From an uncultured Nitrospinota bacterium (GTDB taxonomy: Bacteria > Nitrospinota > Nitrospinia > CAJXCL01), in the NCBI GenBank assembly GCA_964394335.1, contig CAYMVZ010000001.1, positions 7,360-71,359 of the forward strand: a stretch of DNA of 64,000 bases, in the 5' to 3' direction. The notes under the pieces were generated by a model. It made no database searches. It saw only the letters and a list, made by a program, of their open reading frames with translations, and was not told where the DNA came from. Of this stretch, positions 10,721 through 20,117 are shown one piece after another. Every line of letters starts with the position of its first letter. Within the stretch, counting starts at the first letter, position 1. The position numbers and the translations under genes are program-made.

Positions 10721-10951
10721 ATGCTAAAAAAAATATCAGCAGCCCTTATAAAAATTTATCAATATATTATATCACCGGTTTTGCCACCGTCATGTCGCTT
10801 TTATCCTACTTGCTCCGAGTATGCCCTGGAAGCGATTAACGAATTTGGATTTGCTAAAGGACTGCTACAAGCCATTAAAAGAATTTTCAAATGTCACCCT
10901 TTTCATGAGGGTGGCTATGATCCAATAATTTTAAAAGAAGAGAGGAAGTAA
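10721..10951 (+). CDS. yidD: Membrane protein insertion efficiency factor YidD.
   Basis: ISPVLPPSCRFYPTCSEYA motif. Position between rnpA and yidC. Confidence 0.85.
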   Translation: MLKKISAALIKIYQYIISPVLPPSCRFYPTCSEYALEAINEFGFAKGLLQAIKRIFKCHPFHEGGYDPIILKEERK

Positions 10952-10961
10952 ACAGTTTATT

Positions 10962-12602
10962 ATGGAACTTAGGTTACTTTTAGCTATTGTGCTGTCCTTC
11001 GCTGTTTTTGTGGCATGGGGTGCTTATATCAGTAAGAAAGAAGCTAAAAACATCGCAAGAATTCAGCAGCAAGAAGGTGAAAAAAAGAGCTTTGAAAAAC
11101 AAAGAGTTGTCCCGCAAATGCCGTTAAAAGAGGAAATAGAACAGCCGCTGAAAAAAGAAATCCCGACTGTTTCTGATGTAGAAGTTGTCAGATCAGAAGA
11201 AACGAAAGATATTTTTATAGAAACAGACTTATATAAAATTGTCATTACCAATGAGGGTGCGTCATTTAAAAACTTAAAGTTGAAAAAGTATTTAAACAAA
11301 AAAAAAGAGCCCCTCGAAATCGTTGACCAAATTCAGGATTCCGTAAGGCCACCATACCTGAGCGCTTTTGATACCCGTGTAATGGACGTTGTAAATTTGA
11401 GTGTTTATCAGACAAAGGCGGAGTCCATTACATTATCAGAATTTTCTCCTGAAAAAACTGTTTCTTTCACGTTAGAAACCCCGTCCGGCATGAAAATTCA
11501 AAAAGATTTTACTTTCTATTATGACCGGTATCAGATTGATTTTGATGCGAATATAACTGATCGAAGTGGAACCCTGGCTGATAAAAAATATTACTTCAAC
11601 TGGGGGCCGGGGTTTGGGAATGAAGATGAGAAAAGGGAATTCGTTTTTACGGGTCCCATGTCTTATTTAAACAACCTTGTAATTAAACATGACCCGGATG
11701 ATTTCGACAGGGAATTTATTTTTTCAGGTAACTTAAGCTGGGTATGCCTTCAGAACAAGTATTTTGTGACAGCGCTGCTCCCTAATAACGGAATTAACGG
11801 CGGTAGAATCGGCAAAAATCCAAATGGTAAACTTTCGGTAGGATTACAGTTAATTAATAATTCTAACAGCTCAATGAGCGGCAACGCTACTTTATTTGCC
11901 GGACCCAAAGAAGAAAATATTTTAAAATCTTATAATGTGCATCTTGAGGAGGCTGTAGATTTTGGATGGTTTGGAAACAAATTTAGCTGGCTGGTGAAAC
12001 CACTCATAAAAGTTCTCAGGTTTTTTTATAGCTATACACATAATTACGGGGTTGCAATTATTTTGATTACTGTTGTTATAAAAATCATTTTCTTCCCTTT
12101 GAGCCAGAAAAGTTTTCGATCCATGAATGAAATGAAGAAGGTTCAGCCGTATATTAAGATCATTCAGGAAAGATATAAAGACGACAAGGCAATGTTAAAC
12201 CAGGAGATGATGAAGATTTATAAAGAGCACAAGGTCAATCCCTTAGGCGGCTGTATGCCCATGCTATTGCAGATCCCTGTTTTTATCGCGCTTTATAATG
12301 TTTTGCTGGTCTCTATTGAACTCCGGGGGGCGCCTTTTATGCTGTGGATACAGGACCTCTCGGAAAAAGATCCTTATTACGTTACTCCAATTTTGATGGG
12401 TGCATCAATGTTTGTTCAGCAGAAAATGACTCCAACCATGGGAGATCCGATGCAGGCAAAAATGATGCAGTTCCTGCCTGTGCTTTTTACTTTTATGTTT
12501 TTGAATTTTCCGGTTGGCCTGGTTATCTATTGGATAGTGAACAACGTTTTGACTATAGCGCAGCAATATTATATGAATCATTATGCTGCTGTTAAAAAAT
12601 AG
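10962..12602 (+). CDS. yidC: Membrane protein insertase YidC.
   Basis: Large periplasmic domain followed by a conserved C-terminal five-TM core (…PLGGCMPMLLQIPVFIALY…). Synteny. Confidence 0.9.
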   Translation: MELRLLLAIVLSFAVFVAWGAYISKKEAKNIARIQQQEGEKKSFEKQRVVPQMPLKEEIEQPLKKEIPTVSDVEVVRSEETKDIFIETDLYKIVITNEGASFKNLKLKKYLNKKKEPLEIVDQIQDSVRPPYLSAFDTRVMDVVNLSVYQTKAESITLSEFSPEKTVSFTLETPSGMKIQKDFTFYYDRYQIDFDANITDRSGTLADKKYYFNWGPGFGNEDEKREFVFTGPMSYLNNLVIKHDPDDFDREFIFSGNLSWVCLQNKYFVTALLPNNGINGGRIGKNPNGKLSVGLQLINNSNSSMSGNATLFAGPKEENILKSYNVHLEEAVDFGWFGNKFSWLVKPLIKVLRFFYSYTHNYGVAIILITVVIKIIFFPLSQKSFRSMNEMKKVQPYIKIIQERYKDDKAMLNQEMMKIYKEHKVNPLGGCMPMLLQIPVFIALYNVLLVSIELRGAPFMLWIQDLSEKDPYYVTPILMGASMFVQQKMTPTMGDPMQAKMMQFLPVLFTFMFLNFPVGLVIYWIVNNVLTIAQQYYMNHYAAVKK

Positions 12603-12631
12603 TTTCAGGGAAATAGTTTGTCATTGAGGTT

Positions 12632-12673
12632 CCTGCTTTTGCAGGAAGAAACTCCAGCGGGGAGCTTCAATTT
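12632..12673 (+). repeat. Mini-copy of the dispersed repeat family (hairpin + GGGGAGCTTCAATT module) just after yidC.
   Basis: cctgcttttgcagg...cggggagcttcaattt matches the 3' module of copies at 31545 and 37689. Confidence 0.4.
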
Positions 12674-12740
12674 TTATGCGTTGGTAGAAATTCCTTTTTC
12701 TACACACAGTATGGATTATTAAAACAAAGGAGGTTTTTAT

Positions 12741-13256
12741 ATGGGCTGGTTTTTTAAATCAAAATCTAACAAAGAAGATGAAAATGGCGAATCCACGGAA
12801 GCAGAAACGAAAAATCAGGAACCTGTTGAAATATTGAATAAACTGCTTTCAATGATGGACTGTAAAGCAACTATAGCGCAGGAAGTAGATGAAAAAGAAA
12901 ATATTATTCTGAATATCAGCACTGATGAAGCAGGAAGAATTATAGGGGAAAAGGGCGAGACCCTATATTCCTTGCAGTACTTGATTAATAAAATTCTTTA
13001 TACAAAAAACAAGGACAACCCTAAAATAATAATTGACGTTGACCATTACCGTTCTAAAAGAAAAGAAAAGCTGATCGAAATGGGCCAAATGGCTGCGGAA
13101 AACACAAAAAAATCAGGAAAGGCGTCTTCTCTTCCTCCGCTTAATGCCTACGAGCGAAAAATCGTTCATGAAAGCCTTCAAGATGATAATGATGTGAATA
13201 CACAAAGCGAAGGTGAGGGATATTATAAAAAGATTTTTGTCTCGTTAATAAAGTAA
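12741..13256 (+). CDS. jag: Jag/KhpB-like RNA-binding protein (KH + R3H).
   Basis: R3H-type motif NAYERKIVHESL. Position between yidC and mnmE. Confidence 0.75.
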   Translation: MGWFFKSKSNKEDENGESTEAETKNQEPVEILNKLLSMMDCKATIAQEVDEKENIILNISTDEAGRIIGEKGETLYSLQYLINKILYTKNKDNPKIIIDVDHYRSKRKEKLIEMGQMAAENTKKSGKASSLPPLNAYERKIVHESLQDDNDVNTQSEGEGYYKKIFVSLIK

Positions 13257-13265
13257 AATACGTCA

Positions 13266-14837
13266 ATGCATACCGAAGATACTATTTCTGCCATTTCCAC
13301 TCCGTTAGGAAAGGGGGGCATAGGAATAGTCCGGCTCAGCGGTACTCTCTCTCTCCAGATAGTAAAAAGAACCTTTGTTTGTCTTAACGGCAATATAAAT
13401 GCTCTTTCAGTCTCTCATAAAGTTTATCCCGGCAAAATAATAGACCCCTCTACAAAAAAAGCGATAGATGAAGTGCTGGTTACTATAATGAAAACCCCTA
13501 ATTCTTACACAAAGGAAGATGTTGTGGAGATCAGTTGCCATGGCGGGATGGCGGTATTGTCGAAAGTTCTTGATTTGACTTTAAAAGAGGGCGCGCGCTT
13601 GGCTTTGCCCGGTGAGTTTACCAAAAGAGCGTTTCTTAACGGTCGTATTGATCTCACCCAGGCGGAAGCTGTAATTGACATTATAAATGCTAAAACCGAA
13701 AGCAGTCTTTTTAATACAGTAAGCCAGCTGAACGGTTCTGTTTCAAATGAGATTGAAAGCATTAGATCCCTTCTCGTAGACGCATCTTCAAAGCTGGAAC
13801 TGTCTATTGACTTTTCAGAGGAAGATGTTCCGACCCAGCCTTTAGAAGAAATAAAAAAATCACTTATAGACGCAAAAGAAAGAATAGAATCATTGGTTGA
13901 TTCATACAGTAGTGGACGTCTTTTAAGGGAAGGGATTAAGGTGGTTATTGCCGGAAGAACTAACGCAGGCAAATCAAGCCTGTTTAATTTGCTGCTTAAA
14001 AAAGATCGTTCTATTGTTACACATTATCCAGGCACCACACGGGATTTTATTGAAGAAGAGCTGTCATTAGAAGGGGTGACGTATAAAATTTTTGATACTG
14101 CCGGTATCCGCAAGGTGGCAGGGCCACAGCCACAATTCGGCAGGAAAGCCGAATTGGACGGATTTCAAAGAAAGGCCGCCCGAAGGGTTGAGGCCAGGGA
14201 TGGCCAAAATCAAATAGGGCCACCGCCCTCTTGCCTAACAAAACCTTTGCTAAAAAAAAACAAATATACAGATTTGCAGCACATATCCAACCATGAGATT
14301 GAGTCCGAAGGGATAGCAAGATCATACGAACTAATTGAAAATGCGGATATTACTTTATTAATAATACCTGCGTCCGAGGACTTGACTGAAGAAGATATCT
14401 TTCTTATAAGCACCATCAATAAAAAAAACAAAGAATGCTTGTATGTTTTAAACAAAATTGATTTACAGCAGCAGGTTGATTCAAAACGAATATCTGAAAT
14501 TTCCGGAATAGCGTCTGAAAAAATATTAAAAATATCGGTGAAGAAAAATATTGGAATCAATCAATTAAAAAACAGGATAAAACAATTGATCACCGATAAT
14601 CAGGCTGGCCTGGACACAGAGAAAACCGTAATTTGCAATGTGCGTCACAAAAATTTATTAGACAAGGCATTAGAGTCAGTCAAAACCGCCAAAGACGCTT
14701 GCGTGAAAAAGGCTTCTGAAGAATTCATTACCTTTGATGTTTCAAAGGCGTTAAATTCTTTGGATGAGATAACCGGACAGTCTTACTCAGATGAGGTTTT
14801 AGATAAAATATTTAATGAGTTTTGTATTGGAAAATAG
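13266..14837 (+). CDS. mnmE: tRNA modification GTPase MnmE (TrmE), carrying a ~60 aa in-frame insertion after switch II.
   Basis: N-terminal domain. G motifs GRTNAGKSS / DTAGIR. C-terminal FCIGK. 523 aa versus ~455 typical. Confidence 0.9.
   Translation: MHTEDTISAISTPLGKGGIGIVRLSGTLSLQIVKRTFVCLNGNINALSVSHKVYPGKIIDPSTKKAIDEVLVTIMKTPNSYTKEDVVEISCHGGMAVLSKVLDLTLKEGARLALPGEFTKRAFLNGRIDLTQAEAVIDIINAKTESSLFNTVSQLNGSVSNEIESIRSLLVDASSKLELSIDFSEEDVPTQPLEEIKKSLIDAKERIESLVDSYSSGRLLREGIKVVIAGRTNAGKSSLFNLLLKKDRSIVTHYPGTTRDFIEEELSLEGVTYKIFDTAGIRKVAGPQPQFGRKAELDGFQRKAARRVEARDGQNQIGPPPSCLTKPLLKKNKYTDLQHISNHEIESEGIARSYELIENADITLLIIPASEDLTEEDIFLISTINKKNKECLYVLNKIDLQQQVDSKRISEISGIASEKILKISVKKNIGINQLKNRIKQLITDNQAGLDTEKTVICNVRHKNLLDKALESVKTAKDACVKKASEEFITFDVSKALNSLDEITGQSYSDEVLDKIFNEFCIGK
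14111..14295 (-). repeat. In-frame, reverse-orientation copy of the dispersed repeat family inserted within the mnmE coding sequence.
   Basis: ccgaattggacgg...aaaggccgcccgaagggttgaggccagggatggc is near-identical to the reverse complement of 37530-37590 (ggcctcaacccttcgggcggctttcc...caattcgg). Local GC-rich, hairpin-rich. Confidence 0.6.
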
Positions 14838-15027
14838 TTTGTTCAACTCTTAAATCCACTCTCCTATGGGTTTGATAGCGAAGTTTGGTCTTCCCATACC
14901 TTACTATCGCTGCTTCAGGGTCGGTTGCAAATATATGCCGTTTATTAACCTCTCAACGATCTTGAACTTTTTCATCATCAGCTTCTCTCTCCTCAAGCCT
15001 ATTTTCTAATTCCTAATAGCTTTTCTT

Positions 15028-16368
15028 TTAATGTCCCTTAGCAGTAAAAAATTCGTAGGTATTTCCTCCTCTTTCTTTGGCGCGATGCATAGCGATATCG
15101 GCGTTCTTAAATATCGTTTCCATATCCTTTCCATCGGTGGGGCAAAGTGAGATACCGATACTAAAACTGCAATTAAGTTCTATACCTTTAACGTCGAAAG
15201 GAGGTTCCATGGTTTTAGCAATTCTTCGGGCCAACTTTTCGGCTTCGTCCTCGTCACTCAAATTGGCCAGCATGACAATAAGCTCATCCCTTCCCAGGCG
15301 ACCCAAGGAATACTCCTTACGAAGACAGACTTTAAGACGTTTAGCCACTTTCATTAATAACTCATCTCCAACCTGATGGCCAAGAGAGTCGTTAATATTT
15401 TTGAAATTGTCTAAATCCATGTAAAGGATAGCTAATATATTATCACGCCGGGACGCATGGGCATACATCATATCGAACCGGTCTTTAAGTAAATTTCGGT
15501 TAGGTAGACCCGTTAAACTGTCAATCAAAATCATCTGTTCTATCTGGCGCTCTGTTGCTTTACGCTCGGATATGTCCTCTAAAACAGCCAACAATAAAGG
15601 AGGTTCTTCCATATCTAAAAACTGCAACCGAACTTCTACAGGATACAATGTCTTATCCTGCCGCTCAATTTGAGCTTCAAATGAAATCAGGGTTTGGGTC
15701 TCAGATTTCAAAGGTTTTATTTTCTTCAGGAACTCTTCTTCACTTACGTCCGCAAACAAGTCGTATAGCTTTAAACTTTCTAAAGTTTCCAGAGAGTATC
15801 CTGTATTTTGAGCTGCTTTCAAATTTATCTCCACAATCTCATAATTTTCTGCGTCCATTACGAAGAAATCATTTGAGGCATCGTCCAAAATGCTCTTAAA
15901 GCGTTTTGACCTTTTTTGTTGATGGCCCAATTGCTGGTAGCCCGAATCCAAAATTTCTAAATCCTCTTTGGTCCGGCTGGACATTGTTTTAAGAAGATCC
16001 ATCAATGTGGCATGATTGGAAGTCAAATACTTGTGAAAAGGCTTATCACTAATTTTTATAAGCTTAGTATCTATTAACGCCTTAATTGAAGCGGAACGAT
16101 ATTTGTTTCCCAACAAGGCCATTTCTCCGACATGTTCTCCAGCAAAACAACTGGCTATAATTTTATGTTTTTTAAAAACTTTCAAGCATCCTGTCAAAAT
16201 GATGTACATTGCATCTCCCAGATCATCTTCTTGAAAGAGCATTTCTTCCGGTTTTAAAGAAACTTCTTCACAGGCCTCTGCCAAAGATTTAAGATCGGGC
16301 AGATTTTCTAATAAAGGAACTTTTTTTAGGAGTTCAATAATGCTTTGCTTGACCATTAGTGGATTCAC
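15028..16368 (-). CDS. cNMP-binding domain - PAS - GGDEF-domain protein with a degenerate GG(D/E)EF motif (GRDEL).
   Basis: N-terminal GEMALL...RSASIKA cNMP signature. C-terminal LTGLPNR...DLDNFKNINDSLGH...RLGRDELIVML. Confidence 0.7.
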   Translation of the reverse strand: MNPLMVKQSIIELLKKVPLLENLPDLKSLAEACEEVSLKPEEMLFQEDDLGDAMYIILTGCLKVFKKHKIIASCFAGEHVGEMALLGNKYRSASIKALIDTKLIKISDKPFHKYLTSNHATLMDLLKTMSSRTKEDLEILDSGYQQLGHQQKRSKRFKSILDDASNDFFVMDAENYEIVEINLKAAQNTGYSLETLESLKLYDLFADVSEEEFLKKIKPLKSETQTLISFEAQIERQDKTLYPVEVRLQFLDMEEPPLLLAVLEDISERKATERQIEQMILIDSLTGLPNRNLLKDRFDMMYAHASRRDNILAILYMDLDNFKNINDSLGHQVGDELLMKVAKRLKVCLRKEYSLGRLGRDELIVMLANLSDEDEAEKLARRIAKTMEPPFDVKGIELNCSFSIGISLCPTDGKDMETIFKNADIAMHRAKERGGNTYEFFTAKGH

Positions 16369-16484
16369 TTGATATTTTTTTTATATCAGACAATTTAAAC
16401 CAAAACAACGAAATTGTCAATAGCCCAAAAAGCTTATTATTCAGATATTTAAACATGGATAGCACGTGCATTCCTGTTTTTTTT

Positions 16485-16506
16485 CCCGCAGGGAGCTTCA
16501 ACAATT
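16485..16506 (+). repeat. Mini-copy of the repeat-family 3' module (cgcagggagcttcaacaatt).
   Basis: Shares the GGGAGCTTCAA core with the other copies. Confidence 0.3.
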
Positions 16507-16731
16507 ATCTAATGTTAAGCAAATTTTTTAGGAATTCACCCTAACATACCAAAAGTTTTCTCATGCCCATCCTACCATCCCATCAAAAATAGCTTTTTGG
16601 CTGCGGCCATGCCGCGCTAAACTGCGTACACATAGCAAAATAAATGGGGTCAGGCGGATTCGATAAAGCATAATATTCCTTAAAGTTTATGATATAATAT
16701 ACCGTTTTTAAAAAAAGGCCTAAAATTACTA

Positions 16732-17418
16732 ATGGACAATTCATCACTCCCTCAAGCTAAAGGAGCCAACGGTCATAACACGCTGAAAGTAAATGAGATA
16801 TTTAAATCAATTCAGGGAGAATCCACTTATTCCGGTTTTCCTTGTACCTTTATTAGGCTAACCGGCTGCAACCTGAGATGCGAATATTGTGACACCACGT
16901 ATGCTTATGACGAAGGCAGGGAATTCCTAATTGATGATCTTTTAAGGGAAGTCGAAAAATTAAATTGTAACTTAGTTGAAGTGACCGGGGGAGAACCACT
17001 TCTTCAAAATAATGTTTTTGAGCTTTTTGATCGACTTGTAAGTAAAAATTTTTTTGTGCTGTTGGAAACCAATGGAACGGTAAGTCTAAAAAATGTAAAC
17101 CCATCTGTTATAAAAATAATGGATATTAAGTGTCCGGGCAGCGGGTTTTCTGACAATACGGATTGGCACAACCTTAAATATTTATCACCTGAGGATCAAA
17201 TCAAATTTGTAATTAGCAGCAGAGGAGATTTTGATTGGGCAGTAAAAGTAATCAAAGAAAAAGATCTGGAAAAATTATGTACTATTTTATTTTCTCCAAA
17301 TCATAACCAACTAAAAAGTAAAGATCTGGCCAACTGGATTTTAGAGGAAAATGTCAACGCCCGTTTTCAACTTCAACTTCACAAATATGTTTGTGAGGAA
17401 AACATAAAAGCGGTATAA
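16732..17418 (+). CDS. queE: 7-carboxy-7-deazaguanine synthase QueE (radical SAM).
   Basis: CTFIRLTGCNLRCEYCDT cluster; size 228 aa. Confidence 0.85.
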   Translation: MDNSSLPQAKGANGHNTLKVNEIFKSIQGESTYSGFPCTFIRLTGCNLRCEYCDTTYAYDEGREFLIDDLLREVEKLNCNLVEVTGGEPLLQNNVFELFDRLVSKNFFVLLETNGTVSLKNVNPSVIKIMDIKCPGSGFSDNTDWHNLKYLSPEDQIKFVISSRGDFDWAVKVIKEKDLEKLCTILFSPNHNQLKSKDLANWILEENVNARFQLQLHKYVCEENIKAV

Positions 17419-17445
17419 TTAACAGCACTAAAGAGCCACGAAGAC

Positions 17446-17600
17446 GTTAAGACACAAAGGAAAGGAGAAATGGAGCATGGGGAGATGTGAAGAAAAAAAA
17501 TTTAGACGCTGTTTAATTCTTGTTTTTTTCAGCGCCTTATGCAACTCTCTCCTATTCTCCTCTTTTTTTCCTTTCTCCTGATTTTTTTGTGTCTTTGTGT
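17446..17600. repeat. Long imperfect inverted repeat (gacacaaaggaaaggagaa ... ttctcctttctcc...gtgtctttgtgtc) between queE and the T2SS cluster.
   Basis: The arms are reverse complements about 100 nt apart. Possible terminator or sRNA. Confidence 0.3.
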
Positions 17601-17667
17601 CTTAGTGGCAATGAAGCAAAAAGTTGTTAAAAAAACTTCCTTAAATAATTCTTACAAGTAATAGTGT

Positions 17668-18387
17668 ATGACACAAATTGAACAATTAATTAATCTTTTC
17701 AGAAAAAAGTTTGCAATACCGAACCTGATTATTTGCATTGGTATATTATTTTTCCTGGGAAAGATGTCATCAATCTGGTTCAGTCCGGCTAAAGAACCAG
17801 GTATAAAGTTAGCCAAAATCAACCTGGGGGGAAAAAGCGGTTTTTTTTCAAAAAGGAGGAATGTTTTATTATCGGATTATGAGGTTATTCCTAAAAAAAA
17901 TCTATTCAGATCGAGCCGCGCGGAGTGGGTTCCCCCAGCCCCACCGGCACCCAAACCACCGCCTCCTCCGCCACCGCCACCGGCCAAGCTTACTCCTCCT
18001 CCCGAAATAACAGTCAGCGGCATTCTTGAAGGAAGCATCTTTACAAAGAGGGCGATTCTTGAAGGAAAATATTTTACGCCTAAAGCTTCAGAAAAAAAGG
18101 AAATAAAAAAGAAAGGGTATAAATTATACGATATGATCGGGCAGTACAAAATTAACAACATTAATAATGATAAAGTAGTGCTGATTGACCCTAAAGGTAA
18201 ATCGTATGAATTTTATATGAATAAAAACGGAATAAAAAGAAAAGAAATATTAAGTAAACCGAACAAATTAAAAGGAGAAAATCTTTTAGGCGCCGCTGTT
18301 AAAAAATGGGAGCCTCCTGAAGAACCATTTCCTCATGTGTCCGGAGCGGTAATAATAAATCCACGGCAACATATTTCAGGTAATTAG
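17668..18387 (+). CDS. T2SS-associated bitopic membrane protein with a proline-rich linker (GspC-like?).
   Basis: N-terminal TM. PPAPPAPKPPPPPPPPPAKLTPPPE. Position directly upstream of gspE. Confidence 0.35.
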   Translation: MTQIEQLINLFRKKFAIPNLIICIGILFFLGKMSSIWFSPAKEPGIKLAKINLGGKSGFFSKRRNVLLSDYEVIPKKNLFRSSRAEWVPPAPPAPKPPPPPPPPPAKLTPPPEITVSGILEGSIFTKRAILEGKYFTPKASEKKEIKKKGYKLYDMIGQYKINNINNDKVVLIDPKGKSYEFYMNKNGIKRKEILSKPNKLKGENLLGAAVKKWEPPEEPFPHVSGAVIINPRQHISGN

Positions 18388-18395
18388 ACATATAT

Positions 18396-20114
18396 ATGAA
18401 TAACAAAATTGAGTCAATAGAACAAATCTTGCTGAAAGAAAAAATGATTTCCGAAAAAATGTTGCAAGAATTGCAGACCAGGAAAATCACGAGCGGAAAC
18501 CATATCGGAAAATATTTGGTAGATATGGGGTATATCCATGAAGAAGATCTAACAAAAGCTATAAGCAAGCAGCTGAATATCGCTTGTCTTAAAAAAAGGG
18601 ACTATCCCGAGTCTCCTGTCCCCATTGAAGATTTAAATATTCCATTAAACTATTTAATTGAGCACAAATGTTTGCCTGTAAAACTGGATAAAGACAAGCT
18701 TACGATTGCCATGGTAGATCCATTGGATTTTTATACTATTGACAACCTTAAATTGACCCTCGGCTTCAATGTAGAAGTTTGCCTTTCCCCTGAGAAAGAT
18801 ATTATTGAAACGCTTGAACATTGGTATGGAAGCGGTGCATCTGTCATGGAACGAATAGTGGGAAACATGGGAGAAGAGGAATTAGAACTTTTGAGTTCCT
18901 CTGATTCACAAGATGTGGAGCATTTAAAAGACATGGCTTCTGAAGCGCCGGTTATTAAACTGGTAAATTTAATTATCAGCAGGGCTGTAGAAATTGAGGC
19001 CAGCGATATTCATTTTGAGCCTTTTGAAAGCGATTTGAGAATTAGATATCGTATTGATGGTGTGTTGCATGATATGGAATCTCCTACCAAGCGACTTCAG
19101 AATGCTATTACATCCAGGATAAAGATTATGGCAAAACTTAATATTGCCGAGCGCCGCTTGCCCCAGGATGGCCGTATTAAGCACAGGGTGTCAGGTAAAG
19201 AAATAGATATGCGGGTATCCACAATTCCTACCATTTATGGTGAAAGTGTAGTGTTAAGAATACTGGACCGCGGGAATGTGGTTTTAGATTTGACCAAACT
19301 TGGATTTCCCGCAGATTCTTTAAAAAGATTTGATAACATCATAAGCAAACCTTATGGTATGCTGCTGGTCACAGGCCCTACCGGGAGTGGAAAAACAACG
19401 ACATTATATGCTTCTTTAAATAAATTAAATTCCTCCGAAAAGAAAATAATAACCATTGAAGATCCCATTGAGTACCAACTTCACGGTGTAAATCAGATTC
19501 ACGTTAAACCTCAAATTGGCTTAACGTTTTCCAGCGGTCTTCGCTCCATTGTTAGGCAGGACCCGGATATTATAATGTTAGGGGAAATAAGAGATGCCGA
19601 AACAGCGGACATAGCGATTCAGGCAGCGTTGACCGGTCATATGGTTTTTAGCACTGTGCATACCAATGATTCTGCAGGGGCAATTACGCGACTTTCAGAC
19701 ATGGGAATTGAACACTACTTAATGGCTTCTGCCCTGGTAGGAGTTTTGGCTCAGAGGCTGGTTCGTAAAATCTGTTCCCATTGCAAAAAGCTTGCTAAAA
19801 TTAGCAAAAAGAGTTTGGAGGAAATGGATTCAGAAATAAAAGACATTTTAGATGTTAATAATCTCTATGAAGGAGAAGGTTGTGAAAAATGCAACCGAAC
19901 GGGATATCGAGGAAGAATAGGGATTTATGAGCTGCTTTTAATTCATGAGGAAATTCATGATATGATTCTTAATAAAACAAGTTCTGTACATATCAAGGAA
20001 AAAGCGCGATTACTGGGAATGACCACATTGCGAAGAGACGGCTGGCAAAAAGTAAAAGATGGTGTTACATCTGTTTCAGAAATTTACCGGGTTACATTGG
20101 AAGAGGAAATATAA
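18396..20114 (+). CDS. gspE: Type II secretion ATPase GspE.
   Basis: T2SSE_N-like N-terminal domain. Walker A GPTGSGKTT. Tetracysteine CSHC...CEKC. Confidence 0.85.
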   Translation: MNNKIESIEQILLKEKMISEKMLQELQTRKITSGNHIGKYLVDMGYIHEEDLTKAISKQLNIACLKKRDYPESPVPIEDLNIPLNYLIEHKCLPVKLDKDKLTIAMVDPLDFYTIDNLKLTLGFNVEVCLSPEKDIIETLEHWYGSGASVMERIVGNMGEEELELLSSSDSQDVEHLKDMASEAPVIKLVNLIISRAVEIEASDIHFEPFESDLRIRYRIDGVLHDMESPTKRLQNAITSRIKIMAKLNIAERRLPQDGRIKHRVSGKEIDMRVSTIPTIYGESVVLRILDRGNVVLDLTKLGFPADSLKRFDNIISKPYGMLLVTGPTGSGKTTTLYASLNKLNSSEKKIITIEDPIEYQLHGVNQIHVKPQIGLTFSSGLRSIVRQDPDIIMLGEIRDAETADIAIQAALTGHMVFSTVHTNDSAGAITRLSDMGIEHYLMASALVGVLAQRLVRKICSHCKKLAKISKKSLEEMDSEIKDILDVNNLYEGEGCEKCNRTGYRGRIGIYELLLIHEEIHDMILNKTSSVHIKEKARLLGMTTLRRDGWQKVKDGVTSVSEIYRVTLEEEI

Positions 20115-20117
20115 ACT

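Noticed and set aside
14111-14295. Intein or intron in mnmE.
   Set aside because: The insert is far too short for an intein or group I/II intron, and it matches the dispersed intergenic repeat instead.
16545-16731. preQ1 riboswitch upstream of queE.
   Set aside because: No match to the preQ1-I/II consensus; the region reads as an ordinary AT-rich promoter.
17877-18161. Minus-strand ORF with a poly-Gly run (plus other antisense ORFs, e.g. 2765..3028, 13505..13972, 52747..53424).
   Set aside because: These are antisense shadows of well-supported genes (the poly-Gly run is the complement of the proline-rich linker); no independent support.
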